From Candidatus Hydrogenedentota bacterium (lineage in GTDB: Bacteria > Hydrogenedentota > Hydrogenedentia > Hydrogenedentales > SLHB01): DNA of 64,000 bases. Below are positions 37,970-49,200 of this stretch, in pieces. The stretch lies in the NCBI GenBank assembly GCA_045863295.1, contig BTWA01000002.1:1-64000 (forward strand), written 5' to 3'. A program made the translations under genes and the position numbers. How positions within the stretch are numbered: position 1 is the first letter of the stretch; every line of letters starts with the position of its first letter. The notes beneath the pieces are model-generated. The model saw only the letters and a list, made by a program, of their open reading frames with translations. It had not been told where the DNA came from and did no database searches.

Positions 37970-39335
37970 CGAATACCTCCAGCACGGCAAAACGAGTCGT
38001 ATGACCAGTGACAGCCATGTGCGCACTGGTCGCATGGCCGGTAATCCATGCGATTCGTTCGCCCGCGACCAACAGCGGAATGCGCCCGCGCTTGCCATGC
38101 GGGATGCCCAGGTCCACAAAATAATCCTGCAGCTTCCTCGATCCAGACATGCCCAAGGGCGTGAAACGGTCGCCGTCGCGCCGAAGCCGAAGGGTGAGAC
38201 GGGGTCCGAGCAAGTCTGCATCAAAGACCTGCCGTGACGAGTTGCAGAATTGGGCCAATGGCTCGACCGGCGCGCGTTCCGAAAGCGCAATGCGGAATCG
38301 CCTTCCAAATGCGCTAACCTCACCGGGCATGGGCAGCACGACCTCGCTGTCGTCCTGAGCAGGTTCGCCGCGCAAAATCTCCGTCACATCGCGGCTGTTT
38401 CGCAACAGGACCCCGCCGCCGAGATCGAACGAATTTCCGGCAGACGCTTCAAGGATGAAGGCACGGGCGGGGTCAATGCGTTCAAACGGTGTTTCGATGC
38501 CGTGCCGCCAGCCAATGAGCACAAGGCCACGCCGCTGCAGGGCCACCGGCGCCGTGCAAAACGGAACTCGCTGAATGGATCGTCCATCCGGACAACACAC
38601 AGTCAGAAAAGTGCGTGTGAGTCCATTAAGATATTCATTCTCCTCACGCTGCATTTCGGCCAATCGAATCAGCGCCTCGTCGAGTTTGGGATTGTAGTCA
38701 TTGCGCAGCATCGGAAGCAGTTCACCGCGCACGCGGTTGCGCAAGTACAGCCTATCGGCGTTGGTACGATCCGTACACCATTCCAATTGCCGCTCGGTCA
38801 AGTACGCGATGATTTCATCTCTTCGGCAATGAATAAGAGGGCGGATAATTCGAATTCCACTCTGAGCGCGAACCGGAGGTATACCGGCAAGGCCGCCGGG
38901 ACTCGTCCCGCGCAACACCCGCATCAAGACCGTTTCCGCCTGATCGCCGGCATGATGTCCGGTGGCTATAACGGGAAAATCGTGATCAATGGCCATTTGA
39001 AGGAGCGCCGTGTACCGCACCTCGCGAGCATACTCTTCAAACGACCTGCCCAACGCGGCAGCTTCCTCAGCGACCGGTTGTGTCGTGAAGTAGAAGGGAA
39101 CTTGCCACGCTTCCGAGATGTTTCGGGTAAACGCCGCGTCGGCGGCACTTTCGCCTTCCCGCGTCTGATGGTCGAAATGGGCAATGCCCACTGCGTATCC
39201 AAGTTCGCGCAAGGCGTGGGCCAGACACACGGAATCCGGCCCGCCGGAGACCGCAACCAGGACGCGGGCTCCCGGGTCCGCCATCGCATGTGCGGCGATC
39301 GTCTCGCGCATCCGATCAAGAATAGATGGGCTCAT
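37956..39335 (-). CDS. tilS: tRNA(Ile)-lysidine synthase
   Basis: VAVSGGPDS, EEYAREVRY, GHHAGDQAETVL, RPL, RNRVR, C-terminal GDRFTPLGM.GSRKLQDYF. Confidence 0.96.
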   Translation of the reverse strand: MSPSILDRMRETIAAHAMADPGARVLVAVSGGPDSVCLAHALRELGYAVGIAHFDHQTREGESAADAAFTRNISEAWQVPFYFTTQPVAEEAAALGRSFEEYAREVRYTALLQMAIDHDFPVIATGHHAGDQAETVLMRVLRGTSPGGLAGIPPVRAQSGIRIIRPLIHCRRDEIIAYLTERQLEWCTDRTNADRLYLRNRVRGELLPMLRNDYNPKLDEALIRLAEMQREENEYLNGLTRTFLTVCCPDGRSIQRVPFCTAPVALQRRGLVLIGWRHGIETPFERIDPARAFILEASAGNSFDLGGGVLLRNSRDVTEILRGEPAQDDSEVVLPMPGEVSAFGRRFRIALSERAPVEPLAQFCNSSRQVFDADLLGPRLTLRLRRDGDRFTPLGMSGSRKLQDYFVDLGIPHGKRGRIPLLVAGERIAWITGHATSAHMAVTGHTTRFAVLEVFDDTV

Positions 39336-40120
39336 GGGGTTTCAATGGCCTTGTGCAACGCGGCCACGGAATCGAATACATAGTCCGGCTTGCGTGGCGC
39401 CTGCTCGACTTCTTGCCGCGTGGCCTCGCCGGTCAGCACGAGAATGGCGGTGGCCCCGGCGCGATAAGCCATTTCCATGTCCGTATACAGCCGGTCCCCA
39501 ACCATGGCGGTAGATTCGGGAGATGAGTTCAGCTTGGCCAGACCCATATGGATCATCTCGGGATTTGGCTTGCCAATGTATTTGGGATCGCGGCCAGTGG
39601 CTTCCTTCAACAGAGCGGCAATCGCTCCGCAATCGGGAATGTAACCGTATTCTGTCGGGCATAGTTTGTCGGGGTTTGTTGCCACATAAGGCAGGCCCTC
39701 GCGTAACAACAGGCAAGCCCTTTCCAGCTTTGCATACGTCAACGTCTTGTCGAACGATAAGACGACCACGTCGGGCTCGTTTGTTTCGAGGGTAAGCCCA
39801 TGACGCTGCAATTCAGCTTCAAACGACGGCGTGCCAATAGCGAATACCCGGCGATGCGGAGTATGCAACACCAGAAAACGTGCCGTCGCCTCCCCGGAAG
39901 TGAGGATCTGTTCGGGCGACGTGTCTATCCCCATGCCACGCAGCTTTTCACTGTAAGCGATTGCGTCGGACGAGGGATTGTTGGTGAAAAACAGGTGTTT
40001 GCGCCCGGACTGATTCAGAAACGCGATGAACTCCGCCGCGCCCGGCAACGGTTTGGGTCCCAAATAGATCGTACCGTCCATATCAAGCAGAAAAGATTCG
40101 ATGGTATGCAGCGCGGCCAT
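39332..40120 (-). CDS. HAD-IIA family hydrolase (NagD-like)
   Basis: DMDGT, TNN, ATNPD, GKP, GDRLYTD. Confidence 0.93.
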   Translation of the reverse strand: MAALHTIESFLLDMDGTIYLGPKPLPGAAEFIAFLNQSGRKHLFFTNNPSSDAIAYSEKLRGMGIDTSPEQILTSGEATARFLVLHTPHRRVFAIGTPSFEAELQRHGLTLETNEPDVVVLSFDKTLTYAKLERACLLLREGLPYVATNPDKLCPTEYGYIPDCGAIAALLKEATGRDPKYIGKPNPEMIHMGLAKLNSSPESTAMVGDRLYTDMEMAYRAGATAILVLTGEATRQEVEQAPRKPDYVFDSVAALHKAIETP

Positions 40121-40127
40121 GTCCCGT

Positions 40128-40814
40128 TCAATCCATGATTCGATAACGAATAATTGTAAACAGCGCCGCCAATCCGTCTTTCCACGTAATCTTCTTGCCT
40201 TCTTCGTATCCCCGGCCGCTATAGCTGATGGGAACTTCGTAAATCCGGTATCCGCGTTTGGCGACTTTCGCGGTAAATTCAGGTTCGAACCCGAACCGGT
40301 CGGATTTGAGCACGATCTCTTTCAGGATGCTCGCCCGAAACACCTTGTAACACGTCTCCATGTCCGTGAGATTGATGTTCGTGAACATGTTCGAGAGCAG
40401 CGTCAAAAACTTGTTGCCCACGGAGTGCCAGAAATACAGCACCCGGTGCGGTCCGCCCAAGAAGCGGGATCCGTACACAACATCAGCCCGGCCGTCAAGA
40501 ATCGGTTCGAGCAGCTGCGGATAGTCCTTCGGGTTGTATTCGAGGTCGGCATCCTGAATAACCACGATATCACCTGTGACACGCGCAAAACCGGAACGCA
40601 ATGCGGCGCCTTTACCCCGGTTGACTTCATGCCGGAGGACAAGGACGGGCAGCCCCAGTAAGTACTCCCCTGTAAGGACATCTCCACTGCCGTCCGTCGA
40701 TCCGTCGTCCACAATGATGATTTCTTTCTCCATGGGCACATCCAAGACCCGGGCCACGACGGTCTCAATGGTGGCGGCTTCGTTGTAGACAGGAATAATG
40801 ACGGACAGTTTCAT
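40128..40814 (-). CDS. GT2 glycosyltransferase, polyprenyl-phosphate sugar synthase (DPM1/ArnC-like)
   Basis: [49 protein letters not shown]. Confidence 0.93.
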   Translation of the reverse strand: MKLSVIIPVYNEAATIETVVARVLDVPMEKEIIIVDDGSTDGSGDVLTGEYLLGLPVLVLRHEVNRGKGAALRSGFARVTGDIVVIQDADLEYNPKDYPQLLEPILDGRADVVYGSRFLGGPHRVLYFWHSVGNKFLTLLSNMFTNINLTDMETCYKVFRASILKEIVLKSDRFGFEPEFTAKVAKRGYRIYEVPISYSGRGYEEGKKITWKDGLAALFTIIRYRIMD

Positions 40815-40955
40815 ATCCGACGATTGTAACGGCGAAGGAGACACCGCTTCCAGCCGCCCCGGCCAGAGTTGAGGGCAATAAAGGTGTCGATGGCCTTTGT
40901 TTCGCAGTACTAACTGGCGTTGCTCGAATCTCGTGCAGACCTCGGCAGTCCGGAG

Positions 40956-40979
40956 GAAGCGGCAAGATGCCGCTTCTAC
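40956..40979 (-). repeat. GTAG-type REP palindrome
   Basis: Minus strand GTAG-AAGCGGCA-tct-TGCCGCTT; degenerate second copy near 40838-40853. Confidence 0.55.
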
Positions 40980-41032
40980 TTCCATGCAATTCCGCTCTAT
41001 TATGGTTTCTTTCCTCGCAAGGGCGGGTTTCG

Positions 41033-42850
41033 ATGGTCTTCTTTTCACTTCTATTCGCTTCGTGCCTGCTGGGTCTGCCGGTGAAACACTTGTTTCGCAG
41101 CGCGCCCCGGGCAGATCGCGTTCTATTCCGGCTGGCTTGCGGTTGGATGCTTTGTGGCGTTGTCGTAATGGCGGTGGGCAGTGTTCGGTTGGAAGCGGCG
41201 GTGTGGTTGGTATACGCGCTGGCTGCAGCACAGACGATGCTCTGGATCCCAGGGACGCGGATGGCGTTCAAAGCCCGTGCATTGTCGTCATGGCGGACAC
41301 TATCCTGGGAGGCCGCGATTGCATGGGCAGTCTTGCTGTTCGTGCTCGGCACATGGGTTGTCCTGTTGCGTGCCCCGGTGACCGGATGGGATGCCGCCGT
41401 GGCGCATTTGGCGTTGGCGAAAGACTATATTCGCGAAGGCCGCATCGGCCTTATGCCGGGCAACAGCTACTCCGCCTTTCCGCAACTCATGCAGGCCCTC
41501 TACACCATCGCACTGTTTCACGGCGGCGAATGGTCCGCGTCCATGGTGAACTGGATCTTCGGCGCGTTGGCGTGCCTGGCGGCCTGTGTCCTGGCAAGGC
41601 GCATGGCCGGCGAAGTCGCCGGATACGTTGCAGCCGCGGCAACGGCGGCTATGCCCGTGTTTGTGAGCCAACTATCGGCGCCAGGCGTTGATCTGCCGTT
41701 CGCGGCTGTGGTCTTGTGCGGATTGGCCGCGTGGATCTGCGCAGACCAGGAGAATCGTCCGGAGTGGCTGGCGGTATCCGGCGCGTTGCTGGGCTCGTCC
41801 TTCGGTATCCGTCACACGGGACTGTACGCGGCCGCGCTAATGGTCATCGTAGTTCTGCTGGCACGATCTCCTGGTCGCATCCGATGGACCGTAATCGTTG
41901 TATTGGCTGTTGGGGCAGGGGCATTACCGTGGCTGGTGCGTTCGTTTTGGCTAACCGGCAATCCGGTATATCCATTTCTGGCGTCGTGGATGCCATCCGA
42001 GGGATTGCCTTCCGACGAACTGGCGCGCGTGGGTGCGCATGAGTCTGTGCGTGGCGGAAATCCGCTTGCGGCGCTCGTCTTTTATGGCAACGTGATTCTG
42101 TTTCCCCACCACTACGACGGTTGGATGCAATCGCCTGGCATGGTGCCGCTGGTGTTGGGCCTGCCCGGTCTGCTCTTGGCGGGCCGGTATGGCCGTTGGA
42201 TGGGCGCATTCAGTATTGCCGGAGTCACGGGACTGTTCTTCTTCAGGCAGTTCGCCCGGTATTTGTTCCCGTTCTATTTGCCCATGATGCCCGTGGGCGG
42301 CGCCGTTGTCTCTCACAAGGGCCGCTTTAGGCCATGGGCGCTCCTGCTGATTGGCGTGTCGTATGTCGTGGGCGTAACCATGACCATGGCGTTTGCGTCG
42401 GTGAAGGCCCCAGTGGCGTGCGGCTGGATTTCGAAACAGGGGTACCTCCAGTCGCGCGTGGAACGATACGCGGCGTTTCAATGGGTAAATGAGAATCTGC
42501 CCCATGACGCCATGGTGTTGATGATCGATCCGAGGGCATATTATGTGGACCGTCGCACAGTCAGCGATTTCGAAATGATAAAGGCGCTCGTACCGCTCGA
42601 CGATCGCAGCAGGCTGGACTGGCTGCGCGACAAAGGCATCACCCATGTGCTCCACGCGCGCCGGTATGCGGAAGAGTCTCCAGGATTTCGCGAGACCGGC
42701 GTACTGGGTGTAATCGAGAAATGGCGCGGAGATTCGAGTCATTTCGAAATCGTTTATCGCGAGAATGTGCCCACTACCAGGAACAGCGGCAGCGACGTGG
42801 TGGAGATATATCGAGTGAAAGGACTGGGGGAGAGCTCCGGTGTCCATTAA
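41033..42850 (+). CDS. GT-C (ArnT/PMT_2-like) integral membrane glycosyltransferase
   Basis: Many TMs; [13 protein letters not shown]...[12 protein letters not shown]-terminal soluble domain. Start uncertain. Confidence 0.75.
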   Translation: MVFFSLLFASCLLGLPVKHLFRSAPRADRVLFRLACGWMLCGVVVMAVGSVRLEAAVWLVYALAAAQTMLWIPGTRMAFKARALSSWRTLSWEAAIAWAVLLFVLGTWVVLLRAPVTGWDAAVAHLALAKDYIREGRIGLMPGNSYSAFPQLMQALYTIALFHGGEWSASMVNWIFGALACLAACVLARRMAGEVAGYVAAAATAAMPVFVSQLSAPGVDLPFAAVVLCGLAAWICADQENRPEWLAVSGALLGSSFGIRHTGLYAAALMVIVVLLARSPGRIRWTVIVVLAVGAGALPWLVRSFWLTGNPVYPFLASWMPSEGLPSDELARVGAHESVRGGNPLAALVFYGNVILFPHHYDGWMQSPGMVPLVLGLPGLLLAGRYGRWMGAFSIAGVTGLFFFRQFARYLFPFYLPMMPVGGAVVSHKGRFRPWALLLIGVSYVVGVTMTMAFASVKAPVACGWISKQGYLQSRVERYAAFQWVNENLPHDAMVLMIDPRAYYVDRRTVSDFEMIKALVPLDDRSRLDWLRDKGITHVLHARRYAEESPGFRETGVLGVIEKWRGDSSHFEIVYRENVPTTRNSGSDVVEIYRVKGLGESSGVH

Positions 42851-44405
42851 GCGGACCTTAGCGCGCAACACCGCGTTCAACGCCGCCGGGCGTCTATGGG
42901 ATGCCGCCCTGACCCTGGTGTTGACTCCGTACATCGTGAACCGGATCGGGTGGGAGGCCTGGGGCCTGTGGGCCTTGATCGGATCGCTCACCGGATACGT
43001 AGGTCTGCTCGACTTGGGAATGGGGAGCGGCCTGTCGAAATTCATCGCCGAACACGCGGCGAAGGGCGATCGCAAGGCGCTGTCGTCGGTGGTGAGTACC
43101 GCGTTCTTTTTTTACGCAGGGTTTGGCGCGCTGCTCGTGGCCGCTGGTTGGCCGCTGTGCGGCGCGGCTATAGAAGCGTTCGCCGCATGGCGCGGCGGAG
43201 AACCGGCTGTCGCCGCGGATGCCGTGTTCCTCGCACGCGGTTCCATTCTCCTTTACGCGGCATCCATGGCCATCGTGCCGTTTATGGCGGTGCAGACCGG
43301 TTTACAACGAATGGGCGTGGCCAACGCCGTAAGCGGTGCGGCATCTATCATCAAAGCAGCCGCGATTGTGACCCTTTTGGAACTGCATACGGGTGTGCGC
43401 GGGCTGATCTACGCCAACAGCGCGTCAACCTTGTTCGTGGCACTGGCGGGCGTGGTGGCGGCCTATGCGCTGGCGCCGGGTCTGCGCGTTTCACCCTCGG
43501 GCATCTCGCGCGAAACGTTTAGTACGCTGTTTGCCTTTGGCTGGCGCGCACAAGTGGCAAGGTTGTGCAATCTGGTGATGCTGGAAACCGATCGCGTCAT
43601 CGTGGGGTTTGTTTTTGGTTTGACCGCCGCGGGCCTATACCGGGCCGGAGAGGAAATCGCGAACAAATTGCGGCAGGTTCCCGTATTGGTGTACAGCGCG
43701 ATTGTACCGGCCGCATCCGATCTCGATGCGCGCGGAGACGTCGAACGGTTGAGAGGACTGTACCTGCGAGTGTCAAAATACGGCGCTGCCGTGGCAGTGC
43801 CCATGTTGCTGTTTGGCGGCGCCTCTGCCGGAATGATTATGCGCGTCTGGTTTGGCCAGGAGGAAGGCCTCGACACGGCGGCATGGGTGCTTCAAATTAT
43901 CGCGATAGGTCACTTGGTCAACGTTCTTGCGGGGGCCGGTGTCAGCATCGCGCTGGGCAAGGGGCGCGTGGATGTGCAGATGATACCCGGACTGATTTCC
44001 GCGGGCGCCAACATCGTCTTGACCGTCGTCTTTGTCCAGGTAGTCGGCTTTTACGGTGTACCGGTGGCCACAACGATGGCCATGTTCCTGGGATGGGCAT
44101 GGCTGCTTCGCGCGATGGGATCCATCGTTGGGTTGAGAGGAACGCGAACCGTGCGGAAATCGCTCTTGTGGCCGCTCGTGGCGGCGTTGCCCGGTATAGC
44201 CGTGTGTGCGGCGGCCGATATCTACACCTCGGGTTGGTCGGGACGCCTGCTGAACGGCGGCGCCCTCCTGGTCTGCCTGTCCACAGCCGGCGTTATTTAT
44301 GCAAGTCTGCTACAGGCAGCGCCGTTCTGGGATGCAACCGATCGCGGCCTTTTTGGAAGCCTGCGCGGAACCGGAAGTGAAAACAAAATGAGCGGATTAA
44401 ACTAA
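42840..44405 (+). CDS. Wzx-type oligosaccharide flippase
   Basis: LARNTAFN, TPYIV.RIG...WG, LLDLGMG, TDRVIVG...G....GLY; about 14 TMs. Confidence 0.88.
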   Translation: MSIKRTLARNTAFNAAGRLWDAALTLVLTPYIVNRIGWEAWGLWALIGSLTGYVGLLDLGMGSGLSKFIAEHAAKGDRKALSSVVSTAFFFYAGFGALLVAAGWPLCGAAIEAFAAWRGGEPAVAADAVFLARGSILLYAASMAIVPFMAVQTGLQRMGVANAVSGAASIIKAAAIVTLLELHTGVRGLIYANSASTLFVALAGVVAAYALAPGLRVSPSGISRETFSTLFAFGWRAQVARLCNLVMLETDRVIVGFVFGLTAAGLYRAGEEIANKLRQVPVLVYSAIVPAASDLDARGDVERLRGLYLRVSKYGAAVAVPMLLFGGASAGMIMRVWFGQEEGLDTAAWVLQIIAIGHLVNVLAGAGVSIALGKGRVDVQMIPGLISAGANIVLTVVFVQVVGFYGVPVATTMAMFLGWAWLLRAMGSIVGLRGTRTVRKSLLWPLVAALPGIAVCAAADIYTSGWSGRLLNGGALLVCLSTAGVIYASLLQAAPFWDATDRGLFGSLRGTGSENKMSGLN

Positions 44406-44412
44406 CAGCGTC

Positions 44413-45201
44413 ATGAAAGATTTTGTGCCTTGGCTAATAGGACCGTACGCGAGTCAACGCAAGTTTCGGCAATTCTGCGAAATCGGCGCGCGCACCGGCG
44501 CGACCAGCGCTCGTTTGCTTGAATTGGATGGCGCGACCTTATCGATCATCGATCCCTGCGAGGACGACGACCTCATTACCCGCTTCGAGGGCGATTCGCG
44601 GGTGAAAGTGATTAAGGGCTTCAGTCTCGACGTGTTGCCCGTGCTCACTGACACATTTGATGCTTTTCTGATCGACGGCGATCACAATTGGTACACGGTG
44701 TACCACGAACTAGCCGTCATCCACGATCGCTCCTTGCTGAAGCCCGGCGGGGTGATCTTTCTGCACGATACCGCATGGCCGTACGGCCGGCGCGACATGT
44801 ACTTCGACCCCGGCCGCATACCCAAGGAATACGTCCAGCCCCATGAAAGAAGGGGAATTGTGAGGGGACAACCGGATCTGGCCGACAGCGGCGTAAACGC
44901 GCATCACTACAATGCCCTGCATGAAGGCGGACCACGCAACGGCGTATTGACGGCGGTGGAAGATTTCGCCCGGGAGCATAAGGGCGGCTACATCCGCTAT
45001 TCACTCGACGTGCAGTTCGGCATCACGATGCTTCACCGGTGCGGACGGCCCGAAGAAGACTGGATGTTCGAGCGCTTCACGCGTTCCATATCCCGCCGCA
45101 TTCGCATCGGAGCATGGAAACAACGAATGGATCGGATCGTACCCGGCGCCGTGCCTCTATACCGCGCAGTGCGACGCCTGTTTCGGCGGAACTCCCCATG
45201 A
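44413..45201 (+). CDS. Class I SAM methyltransferase (Methyltransf_24-like)
   Basis: EIGARTG, IDP, IDGDHNWYTV, GGVIFLHD..WPYGRRD, NGVLTAVEDF. Confidence 0.85.
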   Translation: MKDFVPWLIGPYASQRKFRQFCEIGARTGATSARLLELDGATLSIIDPCEDDDLITRFEGDSRVKVIKGFSLDVLPVLTDTFDAFLIDGDHNWYTVYHELAVIHDRSLLKPGGVIFLHDTAWPYGRRDMYFDPGRIPKEYVQPHERRGIVRGQPDLADSGVNAHHYNALHEGGPRNGVLTAVEDFAREHKGGYIRYSLDVQFGITMLHRCGRPEEDWMFERFTRSISRRIRIGAWKQRMDRIVPGAVPLYRAVRRLFRRNSP

Positions 45202-46157
45202 GCCAGGCCGTGACGGTTATCATTCCAACGTGGAACCACGGCGACCTGCTGAATGCGTGTCTGAATTCGCTGGCAGATCAGATTTTTCAGAAATTGGACA
45301 TTATTGTCGTCGATGACGCGTCGTCCGACGGCACAGTGAATGCCGCCGTGTCCGGTCGCCAAAACGTTCGGATTCTGAGGAATGAGACCAACCGCGGTTT
45401 CGCCGCATCAGCGAACCGGGGACTGCGTGAAGCAACGTCGGATTGGGTTATGCTTCTGAACAATGACGTGACCCTCGCCCCGGACGCCATTGATCGGCTT
45501 GTAAATGCGGTGGAGTCTGAACAGGCGGACATGGTGCAACCGCTGATTCTATGGCGAGACGCTCCGGATCGCATCTATTCCGCGGGTGACCGGCAGCGGC
45601 TCAACGGCCGTCCGGAAGGTATCGGTTTTCGCGATCAGCGGGAAGGCTTCCGGTTTGACGAACCTGTGTTTGGAGTGACAGCGGCGGCGGCACTGTACCG
45701 GCGGGAGATATTCGACCGGGTAGGGTACCTGGACGAGACGTTCCTGGCATATTTCGAAGACAGCGATCTGAATTTCAGGGCGAGGCTCGCGGGGTTCCAA
45801 GCGGCGTGTGTTCCAGAGGCGGTAGCATGGCACGTTGGCTCGGCGAGTCAGTCCGGCAAAACCTGGTGGCGATCACGCCAGTGCTTTCGCAATCACGCCC
45901 TGCTCGTGGTCAAAAATATGCCGTGGCCGCTGCTGATTCGGTATGCGCCATCCATACTGCGAGAGCGGCTCCACCAGATATCCATGCTGATCGGGTCTGC
46001 CCGCGCCGAATTCGGGCTGGCGAAAGCGCTGGCAATTGCCGCTCTGGCAATAGGCTCTACATGGCGGGCACTGTTGCCTTCCATGATGAAGCGGTTCAAT
46101 ATTCAGCGGAATCGCGCGGTTGACCTGCAGACATTGCGCGACCTGTTGCGCGAATAG
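45198..46157 (+). CDS. GT2 glycosyltransferase
   Basis: VIIPTWN, VVDDASSDG, NRGFA...NRG, LLNND, YFEDSDL.FRA. Confidence 0.93.
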   Translation: MSQAVTVIIPTWNHGDLLNACLNSLADQIFQKLDIIVVDDASSDGTVNAAVSGRQNVRILRNETNRGFAASANRGLREATSDWVMLLNNDVTLAPDAIDRLVNAVESEQADMVQPLILWRDAPDRIYSAGDRQRLNGRPEGIGFRDQREGFRFDEPVFGVTAAAALYRREIFDRVGYLDETFLAYFEDSDLNFRARLAGFQAACVPEAVAWHVGSASQSGKTWWRSRQCFRNHALLVVKNMPWPLLIRYAPSILRERLHQISMLIGSARAEFGLAKALAIAALAIGSTWRALLPSMMKRFNIQRNRAVDLQTLRDLLRE

Positions 46158-46242
46158 GGAGGAGGACCCTGCCCACGGAGGAAGGAACCTCAATTGCGCA
46201 AATAAGGTATGATACGGCAGGTTGCAAATCCGGGAACTCAGT

Positions 46243-49200
46243 ATGACGCATGCGTTTCACTTCGTCCGTCCTTTCACAGCAATCTGCATACTGGCGGCGC
46301 TTCCTTGTGCCCATGCAGTTGACGAAAAATCCGCCTACTTCGAACTCGAGATTCGGCCACTCCTCGCAAAGCACTGCTTTGAATGCCACGGCGAGGAAAA
46401 GCAGAAATCTGAATTGAGGCTGGATACACCCGAAGGACTCCTCAAGGGCGGCACGCGCGGACCCGCCGTAATGCCGGGCGATGCAAACAGCCTTCTTCTG
46501 GAGGTGGTGAATTACCTTGGCGACGTGCAAATGCCGCCTGCCGGAAAACTGCCCCAGCAAGACATCGACAAGTTAACGGCATGGGTTTCGGCCGGCGCGG
46601 TGTGGCCGAAATACGCATCCGATGCCGCACCAACGGGCGGCACGGACAAGGCAGAGGCACTTGCACAAGCCAAAAGCACGCACTGGGCGTACCGGCCTCT
46701 CGCATCACCCCAGCCTCCGGCAATCACCAACGCGGCCTGGCCGCACAATGACATCGACCGATTCTTGTTGGCAGGCATGGAGAAAGAGGGCCTTCAGCCT
46801 GCCGCACCCGCCGACAAGCGTACGTTGATCCGACGGGTCACCTTCAATCTCACAGGTCTACCGCCCTCCGTTGACGAAGTGAATGCATTTCTTGCCGACG
46901 AGAGCCCAGAAGCATTTTCCACGCTGATCGATCGGCTGTTGGCGTCGCCACGGTACGGCGAACGGTGGGGAAGGCATTGGCTGGATGTGGTTCGCTACAC
47001 CGATTCTTTCGATTCGCGCGCGAGCATCGTGACCGACCCCGCGGAGATTTGGCGTTACCGGGATTGGGTGGTCAATGCATTCAACCGGGACATGCCTTAC
47101 GATCAATTCCTCCAGTATCAGATCGCCGGCGACGTGCTGCCCGGACCGGACGGGGGGTTCAACCGCGAGGGCCTTATCGCAACCGGCATGCTCGCCATCG
47201 GCAACTGGCCCCAAGGCGATGCCGACAAAGAGAAAATGGTGTCCGACATCGTCGACGACCAAATCGACGTGATCACGCGTGGCATGTTGGGCATCACCAT
47301 GGCGTGTGCACGGTGCCACGATCACAAATTCGATCCGTTCACCACGGAAGAGTACTACGGCATGGCCGGCGTGTTTTTCAGCAGCAGCATCCTGCCGGGC
47401 CCCGGAGCAAAGACCGAAGGCTCGCCAATTCTGCATTTGCCCATTGCCTCGAAGGAAGATCTGGCCGCACGTGAAGCCCGAGCAGCCCACGAAAAGGCGC
47501 TGCGCGATGAACACGCCGCGCTACTGCTGCAGGAACGAACCACGTGGGCGCAGGCCGAAGCGGCAAAAACCGCGCAGTACCTGCTGGCAACCACAAGCGA
47601 TGCCTCGGAGGCTGCGGGACTCAACGCCGAGGCCCTGCGCCGCTGGTTGCGCTTCACCAATCAAGGCGTGCACCCCGCGCTCAATACCGTCGATCGTGAC
47701 CTGCAAGGCAAGCCCGGCCTGTTCGCGCGGCGCGACGCAGTGGATTTGCCATCGTCGGTGGCCAATACAAGCGGCGAGGAGTATCGCTATGCAACCATCA
47801 TCCATCCCGCCGGCGCCTTGGCCGTGCATCCTTCGCCGGATCAGGGCGTGGGGATTGTGTGGCGCAGTCCCGTTCAAACAAACGTTCATGTGACGGGCCG
47901 CGTAGCCGATGCCGATGCCACTTGCGGAGATGGCATCCGGTGGACGCTGGAACACCGCGGGCGAGGCATAGCGGAGATCGTAGCGCAGGGCGATATGCCA
48001 AACGGAGGCGAGGTGCCCATTCAAGTGGCTTCCACGCTGTCCGTGTCCTCGGGCGATCAACTCGTACTTACCGTCTTGCCCAACAACGGTCACGGCTGCG
48101 ATACAACCCTAGTGTCGTTGAATGTGCAATCCGACGGTAGCGATACTTGGGATCTGGTGTCCGATGTGCTCAAGCACTTTGCCGAAGGCAATCCGTGGCC
48201 GGACGTCACGGGCCGCCCGGACGTTTGGTGGTTGCATGCGGGCGAGGCAGGACCGCGCGCCGACCCCATATTGTTCGCCCCGTGGTGGAAGGCACTGGAG
48301 GAAATGCAGGCGGGCCGTCGCGGTCCGGACGCGCTCCAGCAGGCCGCCGCGATGATTCAAACAGCGATAGACGGAGTGACGCCCGAATCGCCCCTCGCGA
48401 CGGCCATCGCTGCTGTCACCGGCGACAACGGACCTTTCTGGATCGACCCTCAGCCTGCGCAAGAAGGATCGCGCCGCGCTGTGATCGAATCGGAACTGGC
48501 TTCCCTGGAAGCGCAACCGTTGCCCGAACTCGAACTGGCCGTAGGCATTCAGGAAGGCGGCGTGCCCGGCACACCCACCGAGGGAATACGAAATACACGC
48601 GTTCACCGGCGCGGAGACTACAACAACCTCGGCGACGAAGTGCCGCGCGCAATGCCCGCGGTCGTGCGTGAAGTACCGCGACCCGTCACGGCGGGAAGCG
48701 GCCGCGCGGATATGGCCAAATGGGTCACCGAAGACTGCGCCGCCCTCACCGCGCGCGTTATGGTCAACCGCATTTGGCAACATCATTTCGGCGAGGGACT
48801 CGTGCGAACGCCGGGCGACTTCGGCAAACAGGGCGAACCGCCCACACATCCCGAATTGCTGGACTACCTTGCCAACCAATTCATCGAATCGGGCTGGAGC
48901 ATAAAATCGCTGCACCGCGCGATTCTGAACACGGCCGCGTACCAGCAGTCGTCGCAGGCCGATGCAACCGTTACTTCCCGGGATCCCGAGAACAAATGGC
49001 TCGCGCGTAACTCACGCCGCCGACTCGATGCGGAGGCGCTGCGCGACAGCCTCTTATATGTTGCAGGTGTGTTGGATCTCACGCCGGGCGGCCCCGCCTA
49101 TGCCGATATGAACATCCCGCGACGGACACTCTATCTGCGTACGGTGCGGTCGAACCTGAGCACGTATACCATGTTGTTCGACGGCGCGGATCCCACAAGC

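Noticed and set aside
40815..41231. N-terminal extension of the GT2 ORF (367 aa in the track)
   Set aside because: It runs through a REP element and overlaps the divergent GT-C gene. GT2 homology starts at MKLSVIIP (40814).
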